Shown: positions 41,174 through 50,123, counted from the first letter of the stretch. The stretch: DNA of 64,000 bases from an uncultured Clostridia bacterium (GCA_944383335.1 CALWPD010000002.1:11761-75760); one strand, 5' to 3'. Notes: generated from the letters alone by a model not told the origin. Made by a program: numbers and translations.

Positions 41174-41514
41174 ATAATAAAGAATTATCAAAAATCGACA
41201 ATATCCACTTAAATTAATTAAAATATAATAAAAAAATTAAAAAAATAATAAAACGTACTATATTAAACAAAAAAATAATAATTAATACTAACAAACTATG
41301 CTGATAATAAATAACAATAAATTTTGAAATTAAATCGAAGTGTCTTGTAAATTTTACTTGCATAATTTTTAACAATATGTTATCTTATTAAAGTCATTCA
41401 TTGGCAAATTAACACCCAGTGAAAATTTTTTTGTGGTTGCCTATGCATGTTTGCAGGTTGCAAAAGGAGCTTTAAAACGCTGGGGAAGACTAAAAACAAG
41501 GAGGAAAAAAATTT

Positions 41515-42423
41515 ATGTCAGTTATTTCAATGAAACAACTTCTTGAGGCTGGTGTTCATTTTGGACATCAAACAAGAAAATGGAATCCAAAAATGGCAAA
41601 ATATATTTTTACAGCAAGAAACGATATCCATATTATAAACCTTGAGCAGACTTCGGAACTTATAGATAAGGCTTACAGTTTTATAAGAGATGTAGTTGCG
41701 TCAGGAAAATCGGTGCTTTTTGTGGGCACAAAAAAACAGGCACAGGAAGCAATAAAAGAAGAAGCGCTCCGTTGTGGTATGTTTTATGTCAACAATCGTT
41801 GGCTTGGCGGAACACTTACAAACTTTAAAACAATCAGACAAAGAATCGAAAGATTAAATAAACTTAATCAAATGGAAAAAGTGGGTGAGTTTGAACTTTT
41901 GCCAAAAAAAGAAGTTGCACTCTTAAAGAAAGAAAGGGAAAAACTCGAAGCAAATCTTGGTGGCATAAAAGATATGCACGACATGCCAGGAGCAATATTT
42001 GTTGTTGACTCAACAAAGGAACATATTTGTGTCAAGGAAGCAAAAGCTTTGCATATTCCAACCGTGGGGTTAATTGATACAAATTGTGATCCATCTGATA
42101 TTGATTATGTAATTCCTGGCAATGATGATGCCATACGTTCAGTTAAGCTCATTGCTAGTGCCATTGCAGACGCTGTTATTGAGGCACGTGAGGGAGTTTC
42201 AGTAAGCAAAAAACCACAGGAAGAGGAAGATGTTGATATAAGTGCAGTTCTTGCAGAAGTAAAACCAACAGAAGTTAAAGAAGAAGACGAAGAAAAACCT
42301 AAAAAATCAAAGTCAAAAAAATCTACTAAAAAGATAGAAAAAGAAGTTAAAGACGAATCTAAGAAAGATGTAGAGCCAAAAGAAGAGGCTAAACAAGAAG
42401 AAAAAGAAGAAAAAGGAGAATAA
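41515..42423 (+). CDS. rpsB: 30S ribosomal protein S2 with a long K/E-rich C-terminal extension
   Basis: [19 protein letters not shown] signature; AAGGAGG SD. 302 aa versus the usual 235-260 aa. The extension covers about 42196-42420. Confidence 0.96.
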   Translation: MSVISMKQLLEAGVHFGHQTRKWNPKMAKYIFTARNDIHIINLEQTSELIDKAYSFIRDVVASGKSVLFVGTKKQAQEAIKEEALRCGMFYVNNRWLGGTLTNFKTIRQRIERLNKLNQMEKVGEFELLPKKEVALLKKEREKLEANLGGIKDMHDMPGAIFVVDSTKEHICVKEAKALHIPTVGLIDTNCDPSDIDYVIPGNDDAIRSVKLIASAIADAVIEAREGVSVSKKPQEEEDVDISAVLAEVKPTEVKEEDEEKPKKSKSKKSTKKIEKEVKDESKKDVEPKEEAKQEEKEEKGE

Positions 42424-42425
42424 TT

Positions 42426-43073
42426 ATGTTTACAGCACAAGATGTTGTTAAACTTCGTGCTAGTACAGGCGCGGGTATGATGGATTGCAAAAAAGCACTC
42501 ACAGAAAGTGATGGAGATTTCGATAAGGCGGTTATTTGGCTTAGAGAAAAGGGCATTGCAGCAGCAGCGAAAAAAGCAGATAGAATAGCTGCAGAAGGAG
42601 CTGTAGGTTCTTACATTCACATGGGTGGAAAAATTGGTGTTTTGGTTGAAATTAACTGTGAAACTGATTTTGTTGCACGAAGTGAACAATTTTTAACACT
42701 TTTAAAAGACATTTCTATGCAAATCGCTGCCACAAATCCAAGATATGTTCGAATTGAGGATGTTCCTGTAGAGGAAGTTGAAAAAGAAAAAGAGATTCTT
42801 ACTCAACAATCATTAAATGAGGGTAAACCTGCAAATGTTGTTGAAAAAATGGTAGAAGGAAGGATTCATAAGTTCTATAAAGAGATTTGTCTTTTAGAGC
42901 AAGAGTTTGTAAAAGATAATTCCAAAACAGTCAAAGAAGTTATAAATGAGGCGGTTCTTGCACTTGGTGAAAAGATTAATGTTCGTAGATTTGTTCGCTT
43001 TGAAATGGGTGAAGGACTTGAGAAGCGCCAAGATAATCTTGCTGAAGAAATTGCAAAAATGGCAAATAAATAA
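42426..43073 (+). CDS. tsf: translation elongation factor Ts (short form)
   Basis: [19 protein letters not shown]-like N-terminus; [17 protein letters not shown]. 215 aa. Confidence 0.95.
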   Translation: MFTAQDVVKLRASTGAGMMDCKKALTESDGDFDKAVIWLREKGIAAAAKKADRIAAEGAVGSYIHMGGKIGVLVEINCETDFVARSEQFLTLLKDISMQIAATNPRYVRIEDVPVEEVEKEKEILTQQSLNEGKPANVVEKMVEGRIHKFYKEICLLEQEFVKDNSKTVKEVINEAVLALGEKINVRRFVRFEMGEGLEKRQDNLAEEIAKMANK

Positions 43074-43078
43074 TTTAT

Positions 43079-43122
43079 AAAACTGTAGTTAAATGATTGA
43101 ACCATTTAAACTACAGTTTTTT
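43079..43122 (+). terminator. rho-independent terminator after tsf
   Basis: Long stem AAACTGTAGTTAAATG ... CATTTAAACTACAGTTT with one bulge, followed by T6. Confidence 0.85.
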
Positions 43123-43197
43123 AAAAAGTTTTGATTCAGGATTTTTAAATTTGTGTTTATTTTTTCAAATCATTCTTGATAAAATTTGTATTTTACT

Positions 43198-43225
43198 TTG
43201 ATAAAATATTCAAAGGTGATAATAT
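43198..43225 (+). promoter_or_regulatory. candidate promoter of the DUF6273-like gene
   Basis: TTGATA (43198-43203), 16-nt spacer, TGaTAATAT (43217-43225). Confidence 0.35.
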
Positions 43226-43275
43226 TATATTCATAGGCTTAGGTGTCTACTGCCAATCAAAAAGAGGTACGGAAA

Positions 43276-44670
43276 ATGTTTAAAAAAAGCAAGTTTATTT
43301 TTAGTTTATTTTCCTTATTCCTTTGTTTAAGCATGTTGTGTTTTGGGGTATATTCATCGATTAAAGTTCAATTTATTGTAAATGGCAATATACATTATGA
43401 AGTACAAAAACCGGTTGCGACTGTAAACAAAATTTCTTCCAGTGGCGAAATAATAAGTAATGACGATTCTACATTTGGGATGAATAGTGTATTTTCACTT
43501 GATTACAACTTTACTATAAAACCAAAAATAGATTCCATTGATGATACACATCCTCAAGGTCAAAGTACTATTATAGAAATTGAAATGAGTTCAACCGGTC
43601 CTTTATTTGCTAGAATGTTTATAAACTATGACACAACACAATATCCAAATATAAAAGTCAATGCGTCTTCGCTTTACTTAAAAGGCAGTGGAATTTATAG
43701 GATTTATATTGATAATAACACGGAAAATGAAGTAAGTTTAGATGATTTAAAATTATCCATACAATACGATGTACAGACGTCAATATTGCATAGCCCAGAT
43801 GCTGAAAATGATTACTTTTATGTCGAAATGGGGACAATTATGCGAGATGGTTCAATGCAAAATGAATATATCAAGTGGAGATTGATTGGGAAAGGTTCTG
43901 AATATTCTTCAGAATATACTATATTTAATAGGTCATCTGCCAGTGCACCTACATCAGGTGTTGGAGTATTTATTCTTGAAACCAATACACAACTAAAAAG
44001 ACCTGATACTGATGACCCCGATTATACATTAAATGATGTTTCATTTAATAATACCTACCACTATGTTTCTGCCACTGATTCTAACCACTCAGAAACCATG
44101 CCTGAATATGATTATGATTGGACTGATATAAAAGCAAATGACTATGCAACTAGTACAATAAGAAGATACATAAATGGTGTAGATATATATAAAAACCACT
44201 AAGCAAACAATAATTATGCGTTTCCAGATAAAAATTCTCATTATTCAAATATGTACAAAGATTTTAATATTGATATAGATTATGATATTGTGTACAAATT
44301 AATAGAGCAAGCGGGCGGAAGAACATTGTCTGACCTGTATCTAACCGATAATAACTTAATGTTTCCAGTGGATGTCTTAGGTGAAGGAGAGGATTTTTAT
44401 GGGAGAATGCATAGGGATTATTTTTGGTTATTAAGTTATCAAGAGGCAATTAATTTATTTGATGGTTTAACTCCAGATAGCTGTGAGGATAGAGAGTGGC
44501 CAAAATCTTCACCAGATATTTATTGGTTGCGTTCACCTGATCCAAATATTTCATATGGAACATTATATGTTAGTAAGGAAGATGGTAATCTTCACTTTGG
44601 GAATATTGTTTCATATGGGAACTATGCTGCACGACCTGTCTTTACTATTGCCTTTAAAGATATAGTATGA
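43276..44670 (+). pseudogene. secreted DUF6273-like protein interrupted by a single in-frame TAA (44200-44202)
   Basis: Signal peptide MFKKSKFIFSLFSLFLCLSMLCFG, with AGAGG SD before ATG 43276. ORFs 43243..44202 and 44251..44670 are in the same frame and are separated only by TAA; the 16 codons between them are open. The domain hallmarks are split across the stop: IKWRLIG and STIRRYING before it, YFWLLSYQEA, IYWLRSP and AARPVF after it. Confidence 0.7.
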
Positions 44671-44697
44671 ATTGCTCAGTCAAATGGGCAATTTTTT
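44671..44697 (+). terminator. rho-independent terminator after the DUF6273-like gene
   Basis: ATTGCTCA / GTCAAA / TGGGCAAT (one G-U pair) followed by T6. Confidence 0.6.
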
Positions 44698-44732
44698 GTG
44701 TGGGTGTATACTTATAAAGTTTGTTATTTCAT

Positions 44733-44761
44733 TTGATTTTATTAACATTTTAATGTATTAT
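44733..44761 (+). promoter_or_regulatory. sigma-A-type promoter for frr
   Basis: TTGATT (44733-44738), 17-nt spacer, TATTAT (44756-44761). About 30 nt upstream of the AAGGAG SD of frr. Confidence 0.45.
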
Positions 44762-44792
44762 ATTTTTTAGTTAGTAAATTTAAGGAGTTTTT

Positions 44793-45365
44793 ATGCAAGA
44801 CGAAATAATGGTGAAAGATGTTATGGATGCTTATGAGGATGATTTAAAAAAAGCACATGAGCACTTATTGAATGAATATCAAATCATCCGTGCAGGAAGA
44901 GCAAACCCTCATATCTTAGATAGAGTTATGGTGGATTATTACGGGGCAATGACACCTCTAAATCAAATGGCAAATATTCAAGTCCAAGAGGCTAGGGTTT
45001 TGGCTATAAATGTTTGGGACCAATCTCAATTAAAAAATGTCGAGAAAGCAATTCAACTTGCTGACCTTGGAGTACAACCTACTGATGATGGGAAAGTTAT
45101 TCGATTAGTTTTTCCAGCCTTGACAGAGGAACGTAGGCGAGAGATTGTAAAGCAAGTCAAAAAGCTTTGTGAAGAAACAAAAATAGCGATGCGTTCAGCA
45201 AGGCGAGAGTGTTTAGACATGTATAAGCAAATGAAAAAAGACAACAACTTGAGCGAGGACGAATATAATAATCTTGAAGAAAATGTGCAAAGACTTCAAG
45301 ATAAATATATTGAGTTGTGTGATAAATCTAGTGATTCAAAAGAAAAAGAGGTTATGGAAATTTAA
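44793..45365 (+). CDS. frr: ribosome recycling factor
   Basis: RAGRANPHILDRVMVDYYG, and the LTEERRREIVKQVKK signature. Confidence 0.95.
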   Translation: MQDEIMVKDVMDAYEDDLKKAHEHLLNEYQIIRAGRANPHILDRVMVDYYGAMTPLNQMANIQVQEARVLAINVWDQSQLKNVEKAIQLADLGVQPTDDGKVIRLVFPALTEERRREIVKQVKKLCEETKIAMRSARRECLDMYKQMKKDNNLSEDEYNNLEENVQRLQDKYIELCDKSSDSKEKEVMEI

Positions 45366-45568
45366 TGGACTACATCTTATTGCCACTTGAATATGTCGTA
45401 GATTTGTTGACTCAAAAAGGTATTAAATGTAACACTTTGTGTAACAATTATGGAACACAGGGAGATACCAAACTTGTAACAAATGTTGTGATGCAAAATG
45501 GCTATGCGACTATAGTTTATGGCGAATTTTTGTTTAATTTAAAGGATTGCAATGTACAAGAAAATTAA
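45365..45568 (+). CDS. hypothetical 67-aa protein inserted between frr and uppS
   Basis: The ATG overlaps the frr TAA (TAATG). No family recognised. The beta-alpha-beta pattern is vaguely PASTA-like (very tentative). Confidence 0.4.
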   Translation: MDYILLPLEYVVDLLTQKGIKCNTLCNNYGTQGDTKLVTNVVMQNGYATIVYGEFLFNLKDCNVQEN

Positions 45569-45569
45569 T

Positions 45570-46268
45570 ATGCAAGCTTTGCCTGTGCATATAGGCATAA
45601 TTATGGATGGTAACGGAAGGTGGGCAAAAAAACGGTTGCTTCCAAGACTTATGGGTCATAGGGCGGGTGTTGACGCATTACGTCGTGTAACTGAATCAGC
45701 TCAAAAAATGGGCATAAAAGTATTATCGTTTTTTGCATTTTCAACAGAGAATTGGAAACGAAGCAAAGAAGAAGTTGATGGTATTTTTGATTTAGTACTT
45801 AATCATTTAAAAGAAAATTATGACAGGTTTGTTAATGGCAAGACTAAAATAATGACAATGGGTGATATTTCAAAATTGCCGCAAGAACTTTATGAGCTTT
45901 TGCTTGATGTTACCGAAAAAACAAAGCATAATACTGATTTTGTAGTTAACATAGCACTTAATTATGGATCAAGAAGCGAACTTGCTCGTGCATTTACAAA
46001 TCTTGCCCAAAAAGGCAAAGTTGAAATAACTGAGGATGATATAAAAAACGAACTTTATACAAATGAACTTCCAGATCCTGACCTTATCATTCGTACAAGT
46101 GGCGAGATGAGATTGTCAAATTTTATGCTTTTTCAGAGTGCTTATAGTGAATTATATTTTCCAAAAACATATTGGCCAGATTTTAATGAAAAACATCTTA
46201 AAAAAGCAATAATAGAATACCAAAGTCGAGATAGACGATTTGGTAATGTAAAACAGGAGAAAAATTAA
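45570..46268 (+). CDS. uppS: isoprenyl transferase (undecaprenyl-diphosphate synthase)
   Basis: HIGIIMDGNGRWA, FAFSTENWKR and IRTSGEMRLSNF. ATG 45570 lies just after the upstream stop; the track start at 45552 overlaps the previous ORF. Confidence 0.93.
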   Translation: MQALPVHIGIIMDGNGRWAKKRLLPRLMGHRAGVDALRRVTESAQKMGIKVLSFFAFSTENWKRSKEEVDGIFDLVLNHLKENYDRFVNGKTKIMTMGDISKLPQELYELLLDVTEKTKHNTDFVVNIALNYGSRSELARAFTNLAQKGKVEITEDDIKNELYTNELPDPDLIIRTSGEMRLSNFMLFQSAYSELYFPKTYWPDFNEKHLKKAIIEYQSRDRRFGNVKQEKN

Positions 46269-47218
46269 TGAAACAAAGAATTATAACGGGAGCAACGCTT
46301 GTTGCAATACTTGTCCTTGTAATAATTGCTAGGCAATTATCTACGTATGTGTTTGATGCTTTTATGGTTTTAATTGCCATGTATGCTTGTTTTGAAACAA
46401 GTCGCTTGTTTGCGAAAATGGGAATTTATAATAATGAATATTTCGCTATAGCGTACCCATTGTTTTCATATGGTTTATTTATTTTATGCTTAAATCTTGA
46501 TATGCGTTGGTATATGTTAATATTATTAGAGCTAGCTTTGATAATTGTTTTTGTTATGGCACAGTGGTTTTTAAGTCTTATGATGTTTAAATCAACAAAA
46601 AATGAAATTGCAACGAGAAAACTAAAATTGAAAGTTGAAACATTTTCAATTTATAAAGCTATTCAGACCATCTATATTTATTTTTATCCAGCACTTTTAA
46701 TGCTATTTTTTGTGTATATAAATGATATTGCAAAGATGACTGAATATTTTACATCGTATAACAGTAATGCTTTGTTTCTAATAAGCACTTTCGGACTTAT
46801 ATTAACATTTATTATACCAATTTTTTCTGATACATTTGCATACCTTACAGGCTCAATTTTTAAAGGTAAAAAACTTTGTCCAAAAATCAGTCCAAACAAG
46901 ACCATATCGGGTGCCGTTGGTGGCATTGTTTGGGGTATGATTTCAGCAGTTTTACTGTACCTTATATTTAATGCCTTTGATTCGTATAATGAAGTTTTTA
47001 AACAAATAGGTTTTGAATTTTGGCACTTTATAATTATAGGTCTTATTGCATCGGTTGTTTGCGAACTCGGAGATTTGTTTGAAAGTTATTTAAAACGTAA
47101 AGCAAATGTTAAAGACTCAGGAGATATTTTACCTGGTCATGGTGGAATTTTGGACAGGATGGATAGTCATATTGTCTGTGCTCCACTTATATTTATATTT
47201 TTAGTTATACTTTTATAA
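46268..47218 (+). CDS. cdsA: phosphatidate cytidylyltransferase
   Basis: C-terminal signature SGDILPGHGGILDRMDS. Multi-TM. 316 aa, somewhat longer than usual. Confidence 0.9.
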   Translation: MKQRIITGATLVAILVLVIIARQLSTYVFDAFMVLIAMYACFETSRLFAKMGIYNNEYFAIAYPLFSYGLFILCLNLDMRWYMLILLELALIIVFVMAQWFLSLMMFKSTKNEIATRKLKLKVETFSIYKAIQTIYIYFYPALLMLFFVYINDIAKMTEYFTSYNSNALFLISTFGLILTFIIPIFSDTFAYLTGSIFKGKKLCPKISPNKTISGAVGGIVWGMISAVLLYLIFNAFDSYNEVFKQIGFEFWHFIIIGLIASVVCELGDLFESYLKRKANVKDSGDILPGHGGILDRMDSHIVCAPLIFIFLVILL

Positions 47219-47228
47219 AGGAGAAAAA

Positions 47229-48521
47229 ATGGCTATTTTAACTACAATAGGTTATATTATTCTTGCAATATGCGTATTGCTTTTGATGGTGCTAATACAT
47301 GAATTTGGTCATTACTGTGTTGGAAGATGGCTGGGCTTTAAGATAACAGAATTTTCAATAGGTTTTGGCAAGGCAATTTTTACTAAAATTAATAAGCGTG
47401 GAGAAAAAATATCTTTACGTATTTTCCCACTTGGCGGTTACTGTGCTTTTGCCGGTGAAGGAGATGACGAAACAGAAGACGACAAGAAGACAAACGATAA
47501 AGACGATAAAAATAACGAAACTATAGTGCTCACAAAAGATGGAGAGATTGACAAAGAAAAAGGGAAAATAGACAATCTCACAAAAGAAGAAAAAAAAGAC
47601 GACAAAAAAGAAAAAAACACAATAAAAAATGAACAAACTACTGAAATTATAAAACAAATCAATGACATAAGTGAAGGTAAAGACGTTAACACAAAAAAAG
47701 TCGATCATAGTGGCGACTTTATTAACCAAAAGCCTTGGAAAAGATTGCTTGTCTATATGGCAGGTGTAACATTTAATTTTCTCAGTGCGATAATATTCTC
47801 TTTTATTCTTTTGATATCATACGGTTATGATATTCCTCGTGTTGCAACGCTTGATACTAACTATTCAAATTTATATGGAGAATTGCAAGAAGGGGATATT
47901 ATCTGGGGCGTTAATGGAACTCGTATAAGTTTTGCTTTTACAGGCACTTTTTCCGAACTTTTAACTAAAGCAGGTCCAGATAAAGATATAACTTTGGATG
48001 TCGAAAGGGATAATAAAAGAATTGAGGTAGTCATAAGGCTTGCTGAAGAAACAATAACAAATGATCAAGGAGAAGAGGAAACTCGGCTGATTGTAGGCTT
48101 TACAACAAATGCATATGTGCATAATTTTTGGGAAGCGTTAGGTCGAAGTTTTGAATTAGCCTTTGGTTTTGCTTGGGTTGTGTTAAAGGGTTTTTGGCAA
48201 ATTATCACAGGTCAGATTGCCTTTTCAGAACTTGGAGGTTCTATTTCAACAATCGGTATGATGTCAGAGATTATGCAAACAAGTTTTGCAAACTTCCTAA
48301 TTCTATTGCCACTTTTAGCAGCAAACTTGGCGGTTTTCAATTTTTTGCCAATTCCAGCTTTGGATGGTGGACATGCGGTATTTACTCTCCTTGAATGGAT
48401 ATTTGGTAAACCTGTTGTAAGTCGAAAAGTTGAGAATTATATTCACTTTTATGGACTTATAATTTTACTACTATTTGTAGTTGTGGTGGACATTGTCCAC
48501 ATTGCAGTTGTGGGGCTTTAA
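47229..48521 (+). CDS. rseP: RIP metalloprotease RseP/RasP (M50) with a charged low-complexity insertion
   Basis: HEFGHY (HExxH), a PDZ-like middle region, and NFLPIPALDGGH. An insertion of about 90 aa rich in K/D/E is encoded at about 47451-47724. Confidence 0.9.
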   Translation: MAILTTIGYIILAICVLLLMVLIHEFGHYCVGRWLGFKITEFSIGFGKAIFTKINKRGEKISLRIFPLGGYCAFAGEGDDETEDDKKTNDKDDKNNETIVLTKDGEIDKEKGKIDNLTKEEKKDDKKEKNTIKNEQTTEIIKQINDISEGKDVNTKKVDHSGDFINQKPWKRLLVYMAGVTFNFLSAIIFSFILLISYGYDIPRVATLDTNYSNLYGELQEGDIIWGVNGTRISFAFTGTFSELLTKAGPDKDITLDVERDNKRIEVVIRLAEETITNDQGEEETRLIVGFTTNAYVHNFWEALGRSFELAFGFAWVVLKGFWQIITGQIAFSELGGSISTIGMMSEIMQTSFANFLILLPLLAANLAVFNFLPIPALDGGHAVFTLLEWIFGKPVVSRKVENYIHFYGLIILLLFVVVVDIVHIAVVGL

Positions 48522-50090
48522 ATGGAGATTCTTGATAGGATAAATGCCGAATTTGGAGGCAAATATGATTTTCTAAGGGTGCAAAGTGTTACTTATAGCA
48601 CCCATTCTTTTTATGCACAAATAGTGTTTCTGTATCCCGAAAGTTGTGATAGTTTTAATGATACTCAAAAATTAGAAGTTTCAGATTTTGTTAAAAGTGT
48701 ACTGGCTCTTGGATGTGAAGTTAAAATCAAATTTAGGAAAAGTTATCTCGATGAATCTCTTATTAAAAAAAGTTTGATTGAGTTTTTGAAATCATCTTAT
48801 CCATCAATGTTTGCTTATTATGATGACAAAAATATTGAAATAATTAAAAGTGATGTAATCAACGTCAGAATTTCTCTTCTAGATGTTGTATACCAATATT
48901 TCTTAAATAATAAGATTAAAGATAAGATTTTGAAGCATTTGAATACAAATTTCATAGCTAGTTTTGATATTACTTTATATAAAAATGATGATGATTTGGA
49001 CGAAGATTTGTTTCTCTCACATGAAAAAAATATTTATGACAATTTACCTAAACATAGAGAAGTTGAGAGATATCCAGTTTTTGAAGCGGAAGTTTTGTGT
49101 GGTCAAGAGATAACTCCATTACCAGAACCTATCAAAAACCAGCCAGATTCAAAAACTGCTGTGATTTTAGCTGGCAAAATATCTAATCTTGTAGATAAAA
49201 CATATATTTCAAAACGCAATAAACAAAAAGGCATTGATGAACCAAGCCATTATATTGCTTTTACTTTAACTGACCATACCGCAAGTATAGAAGCTATTTA
49301 TTTTGCACATAAAACTTCATATAAAAAAGCAAGTCTCTTAAAGGATGGTGATAGCATACTTGTAGTTGGTGATATAAAAAAAGATTATGAAAAGAAAAAA
49401 CTTTATATAAAAAACATTTCTTTTTGTGTAATTGATTCATCGCTGATAATTCAAAAAGAGGAGCCCAAAATAGAACAAAGCATAATTGAAGATGCACACA
49501 TAGAAGAATATAAATTTATTAAACCAACACCTTACATACTCGATAAGCAGGAGAATTTGTTTGATGTTAAACCGGACTATAATGATTATATAAAAACTCA
49601 CACTTTTGTTGTATTTGATTGTGAAACTACAGGACTTAGTGCAGAATATAATGAGATAATTGAAATCGGTGCAGTCAAGATTATAAATGGTCTTATAAAA
49701 GAACAATTTCAAACTTTTATTTGTCCAGAAAATAGTATTCCAGAAGAAATAACTAGGCTTACCACTATAACAAACGATATGGTTAAAGATGCGCCAAATG
49801 GCAACCAAGCGATAACAGATTTTTATAAATTTTGTGAAGGTTCCGTACTTGTTGGTTATAATGTTTCATTTGACTTGGGTTTTATTCAAAATACGGCTAA
49901 AAAGGCAAGATTGCATTTTTCAAATGATTGTGTTGATGCTATGGACGTGGTTAGAAAAAAAATGTATTTATCTAGATATAAACTTATAAACGTTGTGGAT
50001 GCTCTTGGATTGTCGCTTAAAAATGCACATAGGGCCATTGCAGATGCTATTGCAACGGCAGAAGTTTTTTTAAAACTCAACGAGATATAA
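48522..50090 (+). CDS. PolC-like N-terminal domain + OB fold + DEDDh 3'-5' exonuclease, lacking PHP and polymerase domains
   Basis: Exo motifs FVVFDCETTGLSAEYNEIIEIGAVK (ExoI), VGYNVSFDLGF (ExoII) and HRAIADAIATAEVF (ExoIII) closely resemble the PolC proofreading domain. Residues ~212-300 (VILAGKI...FTLTDHTASIEAIYFA...LKDGDSILVVGDI) follow the PolC OB-domain pattern. The gene sits at the polC position between rseP and rimP. Confidence 0.7.
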   Translation: MEILDRINAEFGGKYDFLRVQSVTYSTHSFYAQIVFLYPESCDSFNDTQKLEVSDFVKSVLALGCEVKIKFRKSYLDESLIKKSLIEFLKSSYPSMFAYYDDKNIEIIKSDVINVRISLLDVVYQYFLNNKIKDKILKHLNTNFIASFDITLYKNDDDLDEDLFLSHEKNIYDNLPKHREVERYPVFEAEVLCGQEITPLPEPIKNQPDSKTAVILAGKISNLVDKTYISKRNKQKGIDEPSHYIAFTLTDHTASIEAIYFAHKTSYKKASLLKDGDSILVVGDIKKDYEKKKLYIKNISFCVIDSSLIIQKEEPKIEQSIIEDAHIEEYKFIKPTPYILDKQENLFDVKPDYNDYIKTHTFVVFDCETTGLSAEYNEIIEIGAVKIINGLIKEQFQTFICPENSIPEEITRLTTITNDMVKDAPNGNQAITDFYKFCEGSVLVGYNVSFDLGFIQNTAKKARLHFSNDCVDAMDVVRKKMYLSRYKLINVVDALGLSLKNAHRAIADAIATAEVFLKLNEI

Positions 50091-50123
50091 AATTAAATTA
50101 TTGTAATTTTTTACAAAAAATAA

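Noticed and set aside
41171-41400. Region of about 230 nt with more than 80% A+T and a DnaA-box-like ATATCCACT (41201-41209), considered as a replication origin
   Set aside because: There is only one imperfect box, no dnaA/dnaN nearby, and no box cluster. The region is better explained as a curved or UP-element-like region upstream of the strong rpsB promoter.
42105-42689. 194-aa ORF on the minus strand spanning the rpsB-tsf junction
   Set aside because: It is antisense to two unambiguous ribosomal/translation genes. Its S/F/C-rich low-complexity sequence is the mirror image of the K/E-rich purine tract encoding the S2 tail. It has no SD.
43176-43207. Direct repeat TTGATAAAAT x2 (43176-43185 and 43198-43207, 22 bp apart) considered as iterons or operators
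   Set aside because: There are only two copies, and each contains -35-like and -10-like hexamers. They are more simply read as overlapping promoter elements of the downstream gene.
44200-44202. Stop-codon reassignment or recoding as the explanation for the in-frame TAA
   Set aside because: TAA terminates many conserved genes in the window at their expected ends (for example tsf, efp, frr). TAA is also not a selenocysteine or pyrrolysine codon.
47415-47729. Two overlapping minus-strand ORFs (104 and 84 aa) inside rseP
   Set aside because: They are antisense artefacts of the long purine-rich insertion. The pyrimidine strand lacks stop codons and gives F/S/V-rich pseudo-proteins.
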